A stretch of DNA of 64,000 nt, taken from an uncultured Roseateles sp. (GTDB lineage: Bacteria; Pseudomonadota; Gammaproteobacteria; Burkholderiales; Burkholderiaceae_C). Each line of letters starts with the position of its first letter. The stretch's first letter is position 1. Below the pieces are notes generated by a model. That model did not search any database. It saw only the letters and a program-made list of their open reading frames with translations, and was not told the DNA's origin. Below are positions 1 to 8,043 of this stretch, in pieces. Position numbers and translations under genes: made by a program. The DNA lies in assembly GCA_963422335.1 (NCBI GenBank), contig OY729424.1, positions 6,473,974-6,537,973 of the forward strand, read 5' to 3'.

Positions 1-356
1 GGCACCGGCAGGATGAAGGGGCTGGAGCCGGTAGCGATCAGCAGGCGGTCGTATTCAGCCTCGGTGCCATCGTCGGCAATCACCTTGCGGCGGATGCGGT
101 CGATCTTGGTCACCGTCTTGCCCAGATGCAGGGTGATGCCCTGGTCGGCATACCAGCTCAAGGGGTTGAGCACGATCTCGTCGAGGGTCTGCTCGCCGGC
201 CAGCACGGGGCTCAGGAGAATGCGGTTGTAGTTCGGGTGCGGTTCGGCGCCGAACACCGTGATGTCGTAGATGTCCGGAGCGATCTTCAGCAGCTCTTCC
301 AGCGTGCGCACACCGGCCATGCCGTTGCCCACCATCACCAGCTTCATCTTTTTCAT
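1..356 (-). CDS. nirB: Assimilatory NAD(P)H-nitrite reductase large subunit, N-terminal fragment (gene runs off the window start)
   Basis: Absent from the ORF track because it has no in-window stop. The reverse complement from ATG at 356 reads MKKMKLVMVGNGMAGVRTLEELLKIAPDIYDITVFGAEPHPNYNRILLSPVLAGEQTLDEIVLNPLSWYADQGITLHLGKTVTKIDR..., the typical NirB FAD/NAD-binding N-terminus. A GAGAGG Shine-Dalgarno lies 5 nt upstream. Confidence 0.85.
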   Translation of the reverse strand, partial: MKKMKLVMVGNGMAGVRTLEELLKIAPDIYDITVFGAEPHPNYNRILLSPVLAGEQTLDEIVLNPLSWYADQGITLHLGKTVTKIDRIRRKVIADDGTEAEYDRLLIATGSSPFILPV

Positions 357-384
357 ACAAACCTCTCGACACTGTTGAAGTACT

Positions 385-400
385 TGCAATTGCCATGCCG
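385..400 (-). promoter_or_regulatory. sigma54 (-24/-12) promoter candidate for nirB
   Basis: The minus strand reads CGGCATGgcaaTTGCA against the consensus TGGCACG-N4-TTGCW. The GG and GC dinucleotides are correctly spaced. The motif ends 28 nt before the nirB ATG. Confidence 0.6.
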
Positions 401-502
401 GCTTGCTGCCTGCACGGCGCGCACCAAGATGGGGTTGGTTTGGGCCCACAGCGACGGCTTGGGCTTGGTGCGCCGGCCGGCGCTGTGACGACAATCGCGG
501 CC

Positions 503-2224
503 ATGAGCTTTGACATCGCCATTGGTTTGAGCAGCGAGCGCGGTCCGCGCGAGGGCAACGAAGACTTCGCCGCCGTGCTGCGCCCCACGCCCCAGGATGA
601 GGCGATGGGCTGGATTGCGGCGCTGGCCGATGGTGTGTCCACCGGCGGCGGCGGCCGCATCGCGGCGCAGACCACCGTCATGAGCCTGGTGCAGGACTAT
701 TTCGCCACCCCGCCTGGCTGGGACACCACGGTCGCGCTGGACCGGCTGATACGCGCCCAGAACGCCTGGCTGGCCGACCACAACCGCCGCGCCAGCAACA
801 CTGGCTCGGAGACCTCGGCCCTGACCACCTTGAGCGTGTTGGTGCTGCGTGGCCACAGCTACACGCTGGCCCATGTCGGCGACAGCCGCATCTGGCTGCT
901 GCGCGGCGATGAGCTCACCCAGCTGACCCAGGACCATGCGCTGGACCGCTCCGGCCTCAACCGGCTGACCCGCGCGGTCGGCCTGGACGACACCGTGCGC
1001 GTGGACTACGCCCAGGGCGAGCTGCGCGCCGGCGACCGCCTGCTGCTGACCAGTGATGGCGTCCATGGCCTGCTGCGTGCCAGGCGTCTGCAGGCGCTGG
1101 CCAGCACGGGCGAGGCGCAGGCCTGCGCCGATGCGCTGGTGCAGGCTGCATTGGCCGCCGGCGGCAGCGACAACGCCACCGCCCTGGTGCTGCAGGTGCG
1201 CGGCCTGGCGCCCGGCCAGTACAGCGATGTGCGGGGCGCCGGCCAGCGCCTGCCGACGGCACCCAAGCTGCGCGTTGGCGAGCGGCTGGACGGCATGACC
1301 GTCACCCGCCTGGTCGCCGACAACGGCGTGCACCGGCTCTACCAGGCCCGCCGCGGCGACGGCAGCCTGGTGGCCATCAAGGCCCTGCACGAGGCCCGCG
1401 CCAGCGATGCCGAGGAGCGGGCGATGCTGGCCCACGAGGGCTGGCTGGGCCAACGCCTCGGCGAGAAACTGTCGGCCACCGAGGCCGGCGGCTTCGTGCG
1501 CGTGCACGAGCTGCAGGACCCCAGCGCCTTCTACCTCTTGTTCGACTGGCACAGCGGCCAGACCCTGGAGCAGCTGATGGCCGCCCAGGGTCGCCCCGAG
1601 CTGGCGGCCTTTCTGGCAGGCGCCACGGCGCTGGCCAAGGCGCTGGGCCGGCTGCACCGCGCCGGCGTCGTGCACCGCGACATCAAGCCGGGCAATCTGC
1701 ACCTCGGCGACGACGGCCAGTGGCGCATCCTCGATCTCGGCGTGGCCCTGTCCGGCCGCGAACCCGAGGCGCTGCGCGATCTGCATGCCGGCACGCCCAG
1801 CTACATCAACCCCGAGCAATGGGCCGAGCCACCGCAGGCGGCTGACGCCGGCAGCGATCTCTACGCCCTGGGCGTGACGCTGTATCAATGGCTGACCGGC
1901 CGCCTGCCCTATGGCGAGATCGAGCCCTACCAGAGCGGGCGCTTCCGCCAGGACCCGCAAGCCCCGTCGCGCAGCCTGCCCCAGGTGCCGATCTGGCTCG
2001 ATCACGTCTTGTTGAAGGCCGTGTCCCGCGAGCGCAAGCTGCGCTTCGAGACCGCCGAGGAGCTGCTGCTGGCCCTGGAGCGCGGCGCCTCGCGCCCGCT
2101 GCCCGCCCCCGGTAGCACGCCGCTGGCGCGACGCAACCCGCTGGCGCTGTGGCAGATCGGACTCGCTGTGTCGGCGATCCTGAATCTGCTGCTGATCTAC
2201 TGGCTGCTGTTCCTGCCAAAGTAG
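503..2224 (+). CDS. Fused PP2C-type Ser/Thr phosphatase / Hanks-type Ser/Thr protein kinase with C-terminal TM helix
   Basis: Track ORF 395..2224; I prefer the internal ATG at 503 (MSFDIAIG...). PP2C motifs: REGNEDF, HVGDSR, SDGV, GGSDNATALVLQV. Kinase motifs: VAIKAL, HRDIKPGNLHL, DLG, GTPSYINPE. Hydrophobic tail: LWQIGLAVSAILNLLLIYWLLFL. Confidence 0.85.
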   Translation: MSFDIAIGLSSERGPREGNEDFAAVLRPTPQDEAMGWIAALADGVSTGGGGRIAAQTTVMSLVQDYFATPPGWDTTVALDRLIRAQNAWLADHNRRASNTGSETSALTTLSVLVLRGHSYTLAHVGDSRIWLLRGDELTQLTQDHALDRSGLNRLTRAVGLDDTVRVDYAQGELRAGDRLLLTSDGVHGLLRARRLQALASTGEAQACADALVQAALAAGGSDNATALVLQVRGLAPGQYSDVRGAGQRLPTAPKLRVGERLDGMTVTRLVADNGVHRLYQARRGDGSLVAIKALHEARASDAEERAMLAHEGWLGQRLGEKLSATEAGGFVRVHELQDPSAFYLLFDWHSGQTLEQLMAAQGRPELAAFLAGATALAKALGRLHRAGVVHRDIKPGNLHLGDDGQWRILDLGVALSGREPEALRDLHAGTPSYINPEQWAEPPQAADAGSDLYALGVTLYQWLTGRLPYGEIEPYQSGRFRQDPQAPSRSLPQVPIWLDHVLLKAVSRERKLRFETAEELLLALERGASRPLPAPGSTPLARRNPLALWQIGLAVSAILNLLLIYWLLFLPK

Positions 2225-2255
2225 GCCGCTTACCCTGCGGCCGCAGGCCGCTTCG

Positions 2256-3527
2256 TCACTCATGCTGGAGCCCCTTCCTGGAGGGGGCTCGGGGGAGCCC
2301 CATGTCCGGCCCGACGGGCCGAGCGCGGCCCCCGCGCTCGGCCCAGGTGCGCGTCCAGCGGATCTGCATCACCCGCATCACGCCCAGCATCAGCAGCGAC
2401 AACACGCCGAAGACGACGAAGCCCCACAGATAGGTGCCCAGATACTGCTTGGACAGGCCCATCAGATTGGGCACCAGGCCACCGCCCAGCGCGCCGATCT
2501 CGCCGATCATCGAACCGGCCACCGCCGTGGCCGCCGGCCAGCGCAGCGGCACGAGCTGGAACAGTGCGCCATTGCCTGCGCCCAGGGCGGCAAAGCAGGC
2601 GATCAGCAGCAGGGTCGTCATCACCAGCGAGTGGCCGGCCAGGCCAACCAGGCACAGGCCTATGGCTACGGCGACCAGCACCACGGTCAGGGTATTGACG
2701 CCGCCCCAGCGGTCGGACAGCCAGCCACCGATGACACGCACCGCTGCGCCCATGAAGGCGGCCAGCATCGTCAGCTGCCCGGCCTGCACCTTGCTGACGC
2801 CGAACTGGTCGTAGTAATAGGTCGGCAAAAAGGTGATCAGGCCGATGAAGCCACCGAAGGTCACGCCATAGATCAGGCTGAAGGCCCAGCCGTCCTTCTC
2901 GAACAGGCAGGCCACATGCTCGCGCAGCGAGGCATGGGCGTCGACATCGGGCGGCTCCTTGGCGATGAAGATCATCACCAGCATCGGAATCAGGATGGCA
3001 CCGGCCGCTACCGCATAGACCGATTGCCAGCCCAGCCACTGCGCCAGCGGCGGCGCCACCAGCACCGATACCGCCGTGCCCACATTGCCGGCGCCGACCA
3101 GGCCCATGGCCAGGCCCTTGTACTGCGGCGGATACCAGCCCGAACCCAGCGACAGCGCCACGCCGAAGCTGGCCCCGGCAATGCCCAGCAACACGCCCAT
3201 GGCCAGCAGGTCATTGAAGCTCTTGACCATGAAGAAGCCGAACAGCATGGCCACCGCGATCAGGCCCATCTCGACCAGGGTGGCGTTCTTGCGGCCGATG
3301 TATTGCGACAGCACGCCCAGCGGAAAGCGCATCAGCGCGCCCGCCAGTATGGGAATCGACAGCATCAGGCCCTTCTGCGCCGGGGTCAGCGCATAGGCCT
3401 CGCTGATGAAGGGGGCCAGCGCACCGTTGAGCACCCAGATGCAGCAGGAGAAGGAGAAGTACAAGAACGCGGCGAACAGCGTCGGGCTGTGGCCCGCGCG
3501 CCGAAAGGTCTGGGAGAAGACTGCCAT
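2256..3527 (-). CDS. narK: MFS nitrate/nitrite transporter (NarK/NasA family)
   Basis: Track ORF 2256..3752. I use the internal ATG at 3527 (MAVFSQTFRRAGHSPTLFAAFLYFSFSCCIWVLNGALAPFI...). The protein is a 12-TM-like hydrophobic MFS with a NarK-type N-terminus. The upstream 75 codons look non-coding and contain the promoter and leader. Confidence 0.85.
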   Translation of the reverse strand: MAVFSQTFRRAGHSPTLFAAFLYFSFSCCIWVLNGALAPFISEAYALTPAQKGLMLSIPILAGALMRFPLGVLSQYIGRKNATLVEMGLIAVAMLFGFFMVKSFNDLLAMGVLLGIAGASFGVALSLGSGWYPPQYKGLAMGLVGAGNVGTAVSVLVAPPLAQWLGWQSVYAVAAGAILIPMLVMIFIAKEPPDVDAHASLREHVACLFEKDGWAFSLIYGVTFGGFIGLITFLPTYYYDQFGVSKVQAGQLTMLAAFMGAAVRVIGGWLSDRWGGVNTLTVVLVAVAIGLCLVGLAGHSLVMTTLLLIACFAALGAGNGALFQLVPLRWPAATAVAGSMIGEIGALGGGLVPNLMGLSKQYLGTYLWGFVVFGVLSLLMLGVMRVMQIRWTRTWAERGGRARPVGPDMGLPRAPSRKGLQHE

Positions 3528-3593
3528 GGCTTTTGCAAACGACAAAAGGCCGCGACAAGCACCAGGCTTGGCGAGGCCATGAACAAGAATGAA

Positions 3594-3610
3594 TCGCCGC
3601 AGCGCGGCGA
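3594..3610 (-). terminator. Leader terminator candidate in the narK 5' UTR
   Basis: The RNA reads UCGCCGC-GCU-GCGGCGA, a 7-bp GC stem. It is followed directly by the U-rich stretch UUCAUUCUUGUU, about 65 nt upstream of the narK ATG. Confidence 0.4.
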
Positions 3611-3638
3611 GAAGGGTGCGGAGCGGACTCCGCGATGT

Positions 3639-3658
3639 GCGGCGCTTCGTTGCACCGC
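3639..3658 (-). promoter_or_regulatory. ANTAR/NasR-type target hairpin (hexaloop AACGAA) at the 5' end of the narK leader
   Basis: The RNA reads GCGGUGC-AACGAA-GCGCCGC: a 7-bp stem including one G-U pair, with a 6-nt loop that has A at position 1 and G at position 4. It begins at the start site predicted from the sigma54 promoter. Confidence 0.45.
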
Positions 3659-3669
3659 AGCATTTCTCA

Positions 3670-3685
3670 TGCAAGCGGCGTGCCA
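3670..3685 (-). promoter_or_regulatory. sigma54 (-24/-12) promoter for narK
   Basis: The minus strand reads TGGCACGccgcTTGCA, an exact match to TGGCACG-N4-TTGCA. The predicted start site is near 3660, giving a leader of about 130 nt. Confidence 0.75.
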
Positions 3686-3724
3686 GGACAGCGTTTCGAT
3701 CAAGCCCGGCGCGGGTTGCGGGCT

Positions 3725-3740
3725 TGGTCTGCTTTATGCT
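3725..3740 (+). promoter_or_regulatory. Weak sigma54-like element upstream of the ANTAR-NIT gene
   Basis: TGGtctGctttaTGCt has GG and GC at the correct spacing but poor flanks. The implied start site is near 3751, which would make the 3752 ATG leaderless or give the 3770 ATG a short leader. Confidence 0.25.
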
Positions 3741-3751
3741 GCAACACCGCA

Positions 3752-5041
3752 ATGGCGCCGCTTTCCCCTATGAAGAACACCCTGCCCGAGCCCGCTTTCC
3801 CGACCCGGCTGCTGCTGTTGGGCAGGCCCGAGGCCTGGCTGAGCGCGGCATGGCAGACCGTGGAAACTGCGCTGGGCGATGCTGGTTGCACCGTCGTTGC
3901 GCGCGCCACGCGCCACAGCTTGGTGCGGGACGCACTCGAATCGTCACCGCAGGCGCTGCTGCTGTGGGCCCCCGGTGAGGCGGCCGACCTCCCGGAGTTG
4001 CTCGAGGCCCTGGCTCTCCTGAGTCCGGCCCTGCCCGGGGTGTGCGTCGCAGATACGGCCGAACGCCAGCGCGGCCCGGGCCTGGGCCTGCAGGTCTGGC
4101 TCAGCGCCCTGCCTGCGCCCGAGGAATTGCTGCAGCAGCTGCGCTGGGCTGTCTGGCTGTCAGACCGCTTTGCCGCGCTGCAAGCCCAGCTGGACGACCG
4201 CAAATGGACCGAGCGGGCCAAGGGCCTGCTGATGGCCGGCCAGGAGCTGGACGAGGCCAGCGCCTTCAAGCTGCTGCGTGAGGCCGCCATGCATGCCCAT
4301 CTGCGCCTGGGCGAGGTGGCCCGCTCGGTGGTGCGGGCGGCCGAGATGGCCGAGGCGCTGAATCTGGCCGGCCAGCAGCGCATGCTGTCGCAGCGCCTGG
4401 TCAAGCTGATGGCCCAGCGGGCCGCCGGCATCGAGGCGCGCCGCGCCAAGGTCTTGCAAGACGAATCCTGCGCCCGCGTCGATGCCAATCTGGCCCGGTT
4501 GCAGGCGTTGTTGACGGCGACCGAGGCGGTGCAGGCGGTCAACCAGGCTTGGGCGGCCTTGCGCGCGCTGCTGCCGGGCAAGCCCACCGCCGCGGTGCTG
4601 ACTCAGGCCGACGCTGCAGCCGAGGCGCTGCTGACGGTGTCCGACCAATTGGCCGGGGCGATCGAGGCCGGCGGCGCGGGCCGGCCGCTGCAGCTGGTCA
4701 ATCTGTGCGGCCGCCAGCGCATGCTCAGCCAGCGCCTGGCCAAGGACGCGCTGCTGGCCGATCTGCTGCCCACCGGCGGGAATGCGGCCGGCATGGCAGC
4801 CGGCCTGAAGGCCTTCGAGGCCGGTCTGCTGGAGCTGGAGGCCGCACCGCTGAGCAGCGCCGAGATACGCGCCTCGCAGGCCCTGGTGCGCGACGAATGG
4901 CTGCGCCTGCTGCGCAGCCTGCGCGATGTGCAGGGCCCCGAGGCCGCGGCCGGCCTGGCGCGCAGCAGCGAGCTGCTGCTGGCCCAGCTCGATCGCTTGA
5001 CCGAGCAGTACCAGCAGAGCTTGCAGCTGATTCTTGGATAG
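3752..5041 (+). CDS. Nitrate-responsive antiterminator-like protein: pseudo-receiver - ANTAR - NIT-like sensor
   Basis: Track ORF 3635..5041; likely starts are ATG 3752 or 3770 (MKNTLPEP...). ANTAR core: RKWTERAKGLLMAGQELDEASAFKLLREAAMHAHLRLGEVARSVV. It is followed by two copies of the sensor motif (NLAGQQRMLSQRLVK and NLCGRQRMLSQRLAKD). The N-terminal REC-like fold lacks the DD pocket and the phospho-Asp (RLLLLGR, ALLLWAP). Confidence 0.8.
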   Translation: MAPLSPMKNTLPEPAFPTRLLLLGRPEAWLSAAWQTVETALGDAGCTVVARATRHSLVRDALESSPQALLLWAPGEAADLPELLEALALLSPALPGVCVADTAERQRGPGLGLQVWLSALPAPEELLQQLRWAVWLSDRFAALQAQLDDRKWTERAKGLLMAGQELDEASAFKLLREAAMHAHLRLGEVARSVVRAAEMAEALNLAGQQRMLSQRLVKLMAQRAAGIEARRAKVLQDESCARVDANLARLQALLTATEAVQAVNQAWAALRALLPGKPTAAVLTQADAAAEALLTVSDQLAGAIEAGGAGRPLQLVNLCGRQRMLSQRLAKDALLADLLPTGGNAAGMAAGLKAFEAGLLELEAAPLSSAEIRASQALVRDEWLRLLRSLRDVQGPEAAAGLARSSELLLAQLDRLTEQYQQSLQLILG

Positions 5042-5044
5042 CGG

Positions 5045-5845
5045 TCAGGCCGCTTTCTCGACGTGGGCGTGGCGGGAGTAGAGGAACTCGATCACCGACT
5101 TGCGCGCGTGCACATAGGTCGGGTCCTCGGCCAGCGCTACGCGGTCCCTCGGGCGGGGCAGATCGACACTCAAAATCTCACCTATCGTCGCCGCCGGCCC
5201 ATTGGTCATCATCACGATGCGGTCGCTGAGCAGCACCGCCTCGTCGACATCGTGCGTCACCATCACCACGGTGCTGCGCGTGCGCGCAACGATCTTCAGC
5301 AGCTCGTCCTGCAGCTTGGCGCGGGTCAGCGCATCCAGTGCCCCGAAGGGCTCATCCATCAGCAGCACCTTGGGCTCCATCGCCAGTGCCCGGGCAATGC
5401 CTATACGCTGCTTCATGCCGCCCGAGATCTCGTGCGGGCGCTTCTGCGCGGCATGGCCCATGCCCACCAGTTCCAGCGCCGCCTGCGTGCGCGCGTCGAG
5501 CTGGGCCTTGGACTCACGGGCGCCGAACACCCGCTCCACCGCCAGATGCACATTGGCAAAGCAGGTCAGCCAGGGCAAGAGCGAGTGGTTCTGGAACACC
5601 ACGGCCCGCTCCGGGCCCGGCGCGGCGATCTCGCGCTTGTCGCACAAGAGCAGGCCGCTGGACGGCAGCAACAGGCCGGCGATCAGATTCAGCAAGGTGC
5701 TCTTGCCGCAGCCCGAGTGGCCGATCAAGGTGATGAACTCGCCCTGCTGCACCTGCAGATCGATGTCGCGCAGCGCATGGAAGCTGCCCTTGCGGGTGTT
5801 GAACACCATCTCGACCGCTTGCACATCAATAAAAGGGGTGGTCAT
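5045..5845 (-). CDS. nasD: Nitrate/nitrite ABC transporter ATP-binding protein
   Basis: 266 aa with Walker A GHSGCGKST, signature SGGMKQR and Walker B LLMDEPF. It lies in operon order after the permease and the binding protein. Confidence 0.85.
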   Translation of the reverse strand: MTTPFIDVQAVEMVFNTRKGSFHALRDIDLQVQQGEFITLIGHSGCGKSTLLNLIAGLLLPSSGLLLCDKREIAAPGPERAVVFQNHSLLPWLTCFANVHLAVERVFGARESKAQLDARTQAALELVGMGHAAQKRPHEISGGMKQRIGIARALAMEPKVLLMDEPFGALDALTRAKLQDELLKIVARTRSTVVMVTHDVDEAVLLSDRIVMMTNGPAATIGEILSVDLPRPRDRVALAEDPTYVHARKSVIEFLYSRHAHVEKAA

Positions 5846-5855
5846 GATCGGCTCC

Positions 5856-6749
5856 TTAGTCGTCGAATGAGAAGCGCCGGGCCACGGCCATCAGCAGCTG
5901 TTCCAGGGCCAGGCCCACGATGCCGATCACGAAGATGGCGATGATGATGTGCTGGACGTTGAGGTTGTTCCACTCGTCCCAGACCCAGAAGCCTATGCCC
6001 ACGCCGCCGGTCAGCATCTCGGCCGCGACGATCACCAGCCAGGCCGTACCCACCGACAGGCGCACGCCGGTCAGCATGTAGGGCAGCACCGCCGGGAACA
6101 GGATGCGCGTCATCACCTTCCACTCGCTCAAGTTCAGCACCCGGGCCACGTTCAGATAGTCCTGCGGCACACGCTGCACGCCGACGGCCGTGTTGACCAC
6201 CATGGGCCAGATCGAGCAGATGAAGATGGTCCAGATCGCGGCCGGGTTGGCGCTCTTGAACACCAAGAGACCGATAGGCAGCCAGGCCAGCGGCGACACC
6301 GGCTTGAGCAGGCTGATCAGCGGCGACAGCATGCGGTTCAGAAAGCCGAAGCGGCCGATCATGAAGCCCAAGGGAATGCCCACCAGCGCCGCCAGGCCGA
6401 AGCCCAGGGCCACCCGCTGCAGCGAGAACAGGATGTTCCAGCCAATGCCCTGGTCATTGGGCCCCTTGCTGTAGAACGGGTCGGCGAACAGCTTGACCGC
6501 CGCATCGAAGGTGGCGGCCGGCGTCGGGAAGGCGCCGCCCTTCAACGTCAGCAGTGCCCAGAGGCCCACCATCAGGGCCAGGCCCAGCACCGGCGGCACG
6601 ATCTGCAGCCACAGGCCGCGCCAGTCGAAGGGCTGGCGTGGCGCCCGTGATTCGACCGGCTTGGCCGCAACGACAACAGGTGCAGTCTTGGCCGCAGCAG
6701 CGGCCTCCAAGGCAGCTTCGCGGGGGGAGTGGAATACGGCACTGACCAT
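5856..6749 (-). CDS. nasE: Nitrate/nitrite ABC transporter permease
   Basis: 297 aa, multi-TM, NrtB-type. An AGGAG Shine-Dalgarno precedes the ATG at 6749. The gene starts 9 nt after the binding-protein stop. Confidence 0.85.
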   Translation of the reverse strand: MVSAVFHSPREAALEAAAAAKTAPVVVAAKPVESRAPRQPFDWRGLWLQIVPPVLGLALMVGLWALLTLKGGAFPTPAATFDAAVKLFADPFYSKGPNDQGIGWNILFSLQRVALGFGLAALVGIPLGFMIGRFGFLNRMLSPLISLLKPVSPLAWLPIGLLVFKSANPAAIWTIFICSIWPMVVNTAVGVQRVPQDYLNVARVLNLSEWKVMTRILFPAVLPYMLTGVRLSVGTAWLVIVAAEMLTGGVGIGFWVWDEWNNLNVQHIIIAIFVIGIVGLALEQLLMAVARRFSFDD

Positions 6750-6758
6750 GATGAGCTC

Positions 6759-7979
6759 CTAGGCACGAACCTTGAACGAATCCGCGTACTTGGCCGGCTC
6801 CTTGCCGTCCCAGACCAGGCCGTCCATCAACTTGGACGAGCGCATCGCGTCCTTGGGCACGCTGACCTTGAGCTGGGCGGCGGCCTCCTTGTACAGATCG
6901 ATCTGGTTGATCTGCTTGGCCACGGCCAGGTAGTCGGGGTGCTCCTTCAGCAGGCCCCAGCGCTTGTGCTGGGTCAGGAACCACATGCCGTCGCTGAGGT
7001 AGGGGAAGTTCACCGCCCCGTCGTTGAAGAACTTCATGTAGTTCGGGTCGTCCCAGGTCTTGCCGAGACCGTTCTGGTAGCGGCCCAGGATGCGCTGGTT
7101 GATCGCATCGACGCTGGTGTTGACGTAGGCCTTGTCGGCAATCGTCTCGGCCATCTTCAGCTTGTTCTGCAGGCCGGCGTCTATCCAGCGGCTGGCTTCC
7201 AGCACGGCCATGATCACGGCCCGCGCGGTGTTGGGGTACTTCTTGACGAAGTCGCCGGTGGTGCCCAGCACCTTCTCGGGATGGTCTTTCCAGATGTCCT
7301 GGGTGGTGGTGGCGGTGATGCCTATGCCGTCCATGATGGCGCGGTGGTTCCAGGGCTCGCCGACGCAGAAGCCATCCATATTGCCGACGCGCATATTGGC
7401 CACCATCTGCGGCGGGGGCACGGTGATGACCTTGGCATCCTTCATCGGGTTGATGCCGTTGGCCGCCATCCAGTAGTACAACCACATCGCATGGGTGCCG
7501 GTGGGGAAGGTCTGGGCAAAGGTGTACTCGCGCTTGTCGGTGGCCATCAGCTTGGCCAGGCTGGCACCATCGACGGCACCCTTGTCCGCCAGCTTCTTGC
7601 TCAGGGTGATGGCCTGGCCGTTGTTGTTCAAGGTCATCAGCACGGCCATGTCCTTCTTGGCGCCGCTTAGCCCCAAGTGCACGCCGTAGATCAGGCCGTA
7701 GAGCACATGGGCCATGTCCAGCTCGCCATTGACCAGCTTGTCACGCACGCCGGCCCAGGAGGCTTCCTTGGTCGGGATGATCTTGATGCCGTACTTCTTG
7801 TCGAAACCCAGGGCCGCGGCCATCACCACCGAGGCGCAGTCGGTCAGCGGGATGAAGCCTATGCGCACCTCCTCCTTCTCGGGCTTGTCCGAGCCGGCAG
7901 CCCAGGCACCGGCCGAGGTGGCCAGCCCTGCGGCAGCGGCCGCACCACCGACCAACAGCTTGCGTCGCTCTTCACTCAT
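6759..7979 (-). CDS. nasF: Periplasmic nitrate/nitrite-binding protein (NrtA/NasF family) with Tat signal
   Basis: Track ORF 6759..8009. The internal ATG at 7979 has a strong AAGGAGG Shine-Dalgarno. The N-terminus MSEERRKLLVGGAAAAAGLATSAGAWA is a twin-arginine signal, and the body is NrtA-like. Confidence 0.85.
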   Translation of the reverse strand: MSEERRKLLVGGAAAAAGLATSAGAWAAGSDKPEKEEVRIGFIPLTDCASVVMAAALGFDKKYGIKIIPTKEASWAGVRDKLVNGELDMAHVLYGLIYGVHLGLSGAKKDMAVLMTLNNNGQAITLSKKLADKGAVDGASLAKLMATDKREYTFAQTFPTGTHAMWLYYWMAANGINPMKDAKVITVPPPQMVANMRVGNMDGFCVGEPWNHRAIMDGIGITATTTQDIWKDHPEKVLGTTGDFVKKYPNTARAVIMAVLEASRWIDAGLQNKLKMAETIADKAYVNTSVDAINQRILGRYQNGLGKTWDDPNYMKFFNDGAVNFPYLSDGMWFLTQHKRWGLLKEHPDYLAVAKQINQIDLYKEAAAQLKVSVPKDAMRSSKLMDGLVWDGKEPAKYADSFKVRA

Positions 7980-8043
7980 GAGCCCCTCCTTGCGTACCAG
8001 GTTCGTCATCAGATCCTCCGAGACAGAAATACAGCCAGAAATG

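Noticed and set aside
353-2263. 636-aa minus-strand ORF covering the whole PP2C-kinase gene
   Set aside because: It is an antisense shadow ORF. The composition is extremely Ala/Gly/Arg/Gln-rich with no motifs, whereas the plus-strand frame carries clear PP2C and kinase signatures.
2262-3773. 503-aa plus-strand ORF opposite the NarK transporter
   Set aside because: It is a low-complexity His/Gln/Arg/Gly-rich translation. The opposite strand encodes a convincing 12-TM MFS protein.
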